Part shown: in pieces, positions 14,969 through 18,236 of the stretch
How positions within the stretch are numbered: the stretch's first letter is position 1
How the letters are laid out: each line of letters begins with the position of its first letter
Virus record (IMG/VR): IMGVR_UViG_2695420732_000030
Coordinates: 1-18,236 of that record
DNA: 18,236 nucleotides
From: a virus
Lineage: Duplodnaviria > Heunggongvirae > Uroviricota > Caudoviricetes
Direction: 5' to 3' (one strand)
Program-made: the position numbers and the translations under genes
Notes under the pieces: generated by a model
What the model was told of the DNA's origin: nothing
Databases searched by the model: none
The model's input: the letters and a program-made list of their open reading frames with translations, nothing else

Positions 14969-15568
14969 ATGGCGCATATACAACTGGTCAAACAAACCTC
15001 TTCCGGATTACTTCTCCCGGCGACGCCGGAGAGTTGCGATTTTTTGCATCAAATCAAAATAGGTGAGTGGATACACGCGGACTTTAAGCGAGTGCGTAAC
15101 TACGCGTTCCACAAGCGTTTTTTCAAACTCCTGCAACTGGGATTCGATTACTGGACTCCGAACGGTGGGGCGATCACGCCTCGCGAACGAGAACTGGTGT
15201 CCGGTTTCGTTGATTTCCTGTGCGAATCAGTAGGTCGGGAACATACGCCAGCCCTGAGTGATGCCGCAGAGCAATACCTTAACACCGTTACGACTTGCAG
15301 AACCCGGGATACGGCCTTACTCAAGTCCTTTGACGCTTTTCGCGAATGGGTAACCATTCAGGCCGGATTTTACACCGAACATTTTTATCCGGACGGTAGT
15401 CGTGGGCGCAGGGCAAAATCTATCGCATTTGCGAACATGGACGAAACCGAGTTTCAGCAGGTTTATAAATCTGTACTGAATGTGCTGTGGAACTGGATCC
15501 TGTTCCGTAAATTTTCCTCTCCGGAGGAAGTCGAAAATGTGGCCGCGCAGTTACTGGAGTTTGCGTAA
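14969..15568 (+). CDS. DUF1367-like phage protein, 199 aa.
   Basis: ATG at 14969 has GGAG 6 nt upstream, which is preferred over the track's TTG at 14957. The MAHIQLVKQTSSGLLLPATPES N-terminus and its position before the DUF1364 gene and Q are typical. Confidence 0.8.
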   Translation: MAHIQLVKQTSSGLLLPATPESCDFLHQIKIGEWIHADFKRVRNYAFHKRFFKLLQLGFDYWTPNGGAITPRERELVSGFVDFLCESVGREHTPALSDAAEQYLNTVTTCRTRDTALLKSFDAFREWVTIQAGFYTEHFYPDGSRGRRAKSIAFANMDETEFQQVYKSVLNVLWNWILFRKFSSPEEVENVAAQLLEFA

Positions 15569-15858
15569 TGGTGGATTTACGTAAAGCGGCGCGGGGGCAG
15601 ATGTGCACAGTCAGAATTCCTGGCTACTGCAATCACAATCCCGAAACTTCTGTGCTGGCGCATTACAGGCTGGCGGGGACGTGCGGAACAGCGACAAAAC
15701 CACACGATATGCAGGCGGCGATTGCCTGTAACTCATGCCACGATTTAATCGACGGGAGAGTAAAAACCAGCGATTACACCAAAGAAGAATTGCGCCTGAT
15801 GCATGCAGAAGGTGTTTTTCGCACACAAGAGATCTGGAGAAAGGACGGTTATTTATGA
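15568..15858 (+). CDS. DUF1364 / YbcO-like protein (putative nuclease with a Cys/His metal site), 96 aa.
   Basis: DLRKAARGQMCTVRIPGYCNHNPETSVLAHYR...ACNSCHDLIDGR resembles DLP12 YbcO. A TAATG overlap joins it to the upstream gene. Confidence 0.85.
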   Translation: MVDLRKAARGQMCTVRIPGYCNHNPETSVLAHYRLAGTCGTATKPHDMQAAIACNSCHDLIDGRVKTSDYTKEELRLMHAEGVFRTQEIWRKDGYL

Positions 15859-16409
15859 TTTACCCAACGAACACAGGAAAAAGCGGAGAGCACCTTCGTC
15901 TCACCACGCTGGAAAGTGTCTGGATTCAGGGGAAACTACGTATGTGGGGGCGCTGGTCGTATATTGGCGGCGGTAAGACGGGAAATATGTTCAACCAGTT
16001 GCTGACCTCTAAAAAGCTGACAAAAACGGCAATTAACGAGGCGCTCCGGAGGATGAAAAAAGCAGGTCTGGACAAACCTAAACTTGAGGCTTTTTTGCGG
16101 GATATGATCAACGGCAAGCAAAAAAGCTGGCTGGTGCATTGTACCGATTCAGAGGCGTTAATAATCGACAGGGTTATTGGTGAAGTACTGGCAGGTTATC
16201 CCGGGCTGCTCAATGTTCTGAGTCAGCGTTATGTGGGGCGGGGGATGACTAAGCGCAAAATGGCTGAACTGCTGAATGATGCACATCCGGAATGGAGTTT
16301 AAGAACCTGTGAAAGACGCATTGAGCATTGGCTAAAGGTGGCAGAATTTATTTTGTACAAACCAATGGTTATGGCTTTTGGTATAGAGAAAAAAGTTATT
16401 GCTTTTTGA
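15855..16409 (+). CDS. Q: Late-gene antiterminator of the Q family, 184 aa.
   Basis: The start at MIYPTNTG overlaps the upstream stop (ATGA). It is the last gene before a terminated short leader, the tRNAs and the late region. The track's 15735 start lies inside the upstream gene. Confidence 0.8.
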   Translation: MIYPTNTGKSGEHLRLTTLESVWIQGKLRMWGRWSYIGGGKTGNMFNQLLTSKKLTKTAINEALRRMKKAGLDKPKLEAFLRDMINGKQKSWLVHCTDSEALIIDRVIGEVLAGYPGLLNVLSQRYVGRGMTKRKMAELLNDAHPEWSLRTCERRIEHWLKVAEFILYKPMVMAFGIEKKVIAF

Positions 16410-16485
16410 CGTAAAAACTGCTTCAATTCCGGTAAGCTTCGCAAAGCTGTATCGCGAGGCGAACCAAACGCATGAACTTTACCAG
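16406..16485 (+). promoter_or_regulatory. Expected pR'/qut region. Only the -35 element is confidently seen.
   Basis: TTGACG at 16406-16411 overlaps the Q stop codon. No good -10 lies at 17-nt spacing (CCGGTA). A hairpin AGCTT-CGCA-AAGCT lies at 16435-16448. Confidence 0.4.
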
Positions 16486-16511
16486 AACCCGCCATTGAGC
16501 GGGTTTTTTAT
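16486..16511 (+). terminator. tR'-like intrinsic terminator.
   Basis: AACCCGC-CATTGA-GCGGGTT followed by TTTTTATT. Confidence 0.8.
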
Positions 16512-16548
16512 TGCGGAATTAATTACGGACCGTTATTATTCTGCTCCC

Positions 16549-16624
16549 GGCCCTTTAGCTCAGTGGTGAGAGCGAGCGACTCATAATCGCCAGGTCGCTG
16601 GTTCAAATCCAGCAAGGGCCACCA
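16549..16624 (+). tRNA. ileZ: tRNA with anticodon CAU, ileX/ileZ-like (tRNA-Ile2 after lysidine modification; formally Met by anticodon).
   Basis: I folded the cloverleaf by hand. The acceptor is GGCCCTT/AAGGGCC. The D arm is GCTC/GAGC. The anticodon loop is CTCATAA. The T arm is GCTGG-TTCAAAT-CCAGC. ACCA is encoded. It closely resembles E. coli ileX. Confidence 0.9.
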
Positions 16625-16633
16625 TATCACATA

Positions 16634-16710
16634 CCGCCATTAGCTCATCGGGACAGAGCGCCAGCCTTCGAAGCTGGCTGTGCGGGGTTCAAGTCCCCGA
16701 TGGCAGTCCA
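16634..16710 (+). tRNA. argN: tRNA-Arg (anticodon UCG).
   Basis: The acceptor is CCGCCAT/ATGGCAG, with a C2-A71 mismatch. The anticodon arm is CCAGC-CTTCGAA-GCTGG. The T arm is CGGGG-TTCAAGT-CCCCG. TCCA is encoded. Confidence 0.8.
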
Positions 16711-16723
16711 TTATCAGCATCAT

Positions 16724-16800
16724 GCGTTGTTAGCTCAGCCGGACAGAGCAATTGCCTTCTAAGCAATCGGTCACTGGTTCGAATCCAGTACAACGCGCCA
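16724..16800 (+). tRNA. argO: tRNA-Arg (anticodon UCU, reads AGA/AGG).
   Basis: The acceptor is GCGTTGT/ACAACGC. The anticodon arm is ATTGC-CTTCTAA-GCAAT. The T arm is ACTGG-TTCGAAT-CCAGT. GCCA is encoded. Confidence 0.9.
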
Positions 16801-17086
16801 CACCACACTTATCTGCCCTGACTCTCTTTTGCGGGCTTTTTATTACAGGAAAGACACCGGACAGTGAAATGTTAAATGCCTCACAATTCAGGTAGTTGAC
16901 TGTTGCCTGACATGCTGAGCGTTTGTTAAAAAAATCCTGCATGATGAATCCCCCTGGGCGGCGGGGCATAATGACAGATGTTTGGTTGCGTATTGTATAG
17001 GCAAGTTGCGGATTCTGTCTGGTCATTGCAGAATTCACCGGGAGGCACCCGGCATCATGCTGTATACAGAGATTAGGCATATATCC

Positions 17087-17112
17087 AGGCTCCTCATCGC
17101 AGGAGCCTTTTT
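17087..17112 (+). terminator. Plus-strand intrinsic terminator.
   Basis: AGGCTCCT-CATCGC-AGGAGCCT followed by TTTT. Confidence 0.75.
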
Positions 17113-17118
17113 ACATGC

Positions 17119-17143
17119 AAAAAAAGCCCGAGTAGGTTCGGGC
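17119..17143 (-). terminator. Minus-strand intrinsic terminator, back-to-back with the previous one.
   Basis: On the minus strand: GCCCGA-ACCTAC-TCGGGC followed by TTTTTTT. Confidence 0.65.
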
Positions 17144-17203
17144 AACAGCATGAGATACTTGCATTGTCATTTTTATCGTGTGGATTTTAACCAGGGTTTA
17201 TAA

Positions 17204-17228
17204 GGCTGCGCAACTGCGCGGCCTTTTT
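17204..17228 (+). terminator. Plus-strand intrinsic terminator.
   Basis: GGCTGCGC-AACT-GCGCGGCC, with one G-U pair, followed by TTTTT. Confidence 0.7.
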
Positions 17229-17330
17229 CGTATTGCGGGCTGTAGTCTTCCTTCTGTCATTGTCCTGTAACTTCCGGACTTCAGCCCGCCCCTTATCTGA
17301 CTCACAACATTATCCCGGCCGGGAGGATTC

Positions 17331-18236
17331 ATGGCATTTAAACACTACGATGTGGTCAGGGCGGTGTCGCCGTCAGACCTTGCTGATGCACTTGCTCAAA
17401 AAATTCGTGAAGGATGGCAACCATACGGCGGGCCGTTTTCTTCGTATACGGATGATGGCGCAGCACTTATTCAGGCGATTGTCGCAGAAGGTGATGTGAG
17501 CACACCTGTTGTGGTGAAGCCGTCGGATGGAGAAGGCACAGTAATCAGCGCCACCAGAGACCCGGAGTATTACTTTGTTGTGGTTCTGGCGGGGCAGTCA
17601 AACAGCATGGCATATGGTGAAGGCCTTCCGCTGCCGGAGACATATGACCGTCCGGACCTGCGCATTAAGCAGCTGGCGCGTCGCAGTACGGTGACACCGG
17701 GCGGTGTCGCCTGTAAATATAACGACATCATTCCGGCGGACCATTGTCTGCATGATGTGCAGGACATGAGCCGCCTTAACCATCCGAAAGCGGACCTGTC
17801 AAAGGGGCAGTACGGAACCGTGGGGCAGGGGCTGCATATCGCCAAAAAACTGCTGCCGTTTATACCGGCGAATGCGGGCATTCTGCTGGTTCCGTGCTGT
17901 CGTGGTGGTTCAGCGTTCACCACCGGAGCTGATGGCACATACAGTGACGCGAGTGGTGCCTCGGAGAATTCAACCCGCTGGGGTGTGGACAAGCCGCTGT
18001 ATAAGGACCTTATCGGTCGAACAAAAGCAGCACTGAAGAAGAACCCGAAAAATGTGCTGTTTGCCGTGGTGTGGATGCAGGGGGAATTTGATTTTGGCGG
18101 TACGCCGGCAAATCACGCAGCACAGTTTGGTGCGCTGGTTGATAAATTCCGTGCAGACCTGGCGGATATGGCAGGTCAGTGCGTCGGTGGCTCTGCTGGC
18201 GGTGTTCCCTGGATATGTGGAGATACGACGTATTTC
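17331..18236 (+). CDS. nanS-p: NanS-p-type sialate O-acetylesterase (DUF1737 N-terminal domain plus a SASA/SGNH-like esterase domain). This is a 5' partial of 302 codons that runs off the window.
   Basis: It is not in the supplied ORF track. ATG at 17331 has GGGAGG 5 nt upstream. I translated it by hand and found no stop through 18236: MAFKHYDVVRAVSPSDLADALAQKIREGWQPYGGPF...VVVLAGQSNSMAYGEG...WMQGEFD. The GQSN motif is typical of SASA esterases. Confidence 0.9.
   Translation, partial: MAFKHYDVVRAVSPSDLADALAQKIREGWQPYGGPFSSYTDDGAALIQAIVAEGDVSTPVVVKPSDGEGTVISATRDPEYYFVVVLAGQSNSMAYGEGLPLPETYDRPDLRIKQLARRSTVTPGGVACKYNDIIPADHCLHDVQDMSRLNHPKADLSKGQYGTVGQGLHIAKKLLPFIPANAGILLVPCCRGGSAFTTGADGTYSDASGASENSTRWGVDKPLYKDLIGRTKAALKKNPKNVLFAVVWMQGEFDFGGTPANHAAQFGALVDKFRADLADMAGQCVGGSAGGVPWICGDTTYF

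Larger units (their letters stand above)
1..18236. mobile_element. Internal segment of a lambdoid prophage, with a Rac-like left arm and an Stx-phage-like Q/tRNA/nanS-p right end. Neither att site is in the window.
   Basis: Gene order is int-xis-recET-kil, repressor/cro, O/P-like genes, nin-like genes, Q, tRNAs, then nanS-p. Junctions between genes are tightly packed or overlapping. Confidence 0.9.

Noticed and set aside
15735-15854. The extended start (15735) for the Q-family ORF given in the track.
   Set aside because: The first 40 codons lie inside the DUF1364 gene in another frame. ATG 15855 overlaps the upstream stop (ATGA) and gives a sensible N-terminus.
10702-16495. Assorted antisense or out-of-frame track ORFs: 10702-10911, 10869-11087, 11817-12005, 12086-12394, 12421-12606, 12439-12780, 12879-13103, 13214-13402, 13392-13664, 13737-13994, 15148-15357, 15420-15608, 15611-15826, 15926-16139 and 16229-16495.
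   Set aside because: Each overlaps a better-supported gene on the same or opposite strand, and none has a ribosome-binding site.
16730-17080. A 116-aa minus ORF, and the 16982-17203 plus ORF.
   Set aside because: The minus ORF runs antisense through the tRNA-Arg(UCU) gene. The plus ORF reads through two terminator hairpins. Neither has an SD.
16801-17330. A search for stxA/stxB or remnants between the tRNAs and nanS-p.
   Set aside because: No ORF with a signal peptide, and no A- or B-subunit-like translation, appears in any frame. The slot is non-coding.
17233-17992. Track ORFs 17233-17499 (plus), 17570-17992 (minus) and 17598-17783 (minus).
   Set aside because: They overlap the strongly supported nanS-p frame (17331 onward) out of frame or in antisense.

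Overview
The window is an internal piece of a lambdoid, E. coli-type prophage with a mosaic layout. It has no rRNA, CRISPR array or IS element. The features, in order, are as follows. (1) 1-6301, minus strand, is a Rac-family early-left arm: int, xis, a ydaC-like gene, ralR/lar, recT, recE, racC, ydaE (56 aa, absent from the ORF track) and kilR. (2) 6314-7300 is a poorly explained accessory slot between kilR and the repressor. (3) 7303-8553 is the immunity switch: an HTH repressor on the minus strand, divergent from ydaS-like (Cro analogue) and ydaT-like (CII analogue) genes. (4) 8631-10172 is the replication module: an O-like initiator with internal palindromic iterons, then a DnaC-like loader. 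(5) 10198-14950 is a nin-like region of small genes: wHTH proteins, a DUF4406-like gene, an Ead/Ea22-like gene, a decayed DUF551 gene, tiny membrane peptides and a hok/sok type I toxin-antitoxin locus. (6) 14969-16409 holds DUF1367-like and DUF1364/YbcO-like genes and a Q-type late antiterminator. (7) 16406-16800 holds the expected pR'/tR' region and three tRNAs with anticodons CAU, UCG and UCU. (8) 16801-17330 is non-coding and rich in hairpins. It sits exactly where Stx phages carry stxAB, and no toxin gene is present. (9) 17331-18236 is the 5' part of a nanS-p-type sialate O-acetylesterase. This ORF is open to the window end and is missing from the ORF track. The most unexplained part is 6363-7243. 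It holds a candidate ~270-nt plus-strand structured RNA with its own promoter and terminator. It also holds a small zinc-ribbon ORF almost fully overlapped in antisense by a second well-signalled ORF. A near-consensus leftward promoter converges on both. All family names come from my recognition of the translated sequences. No database search was run.
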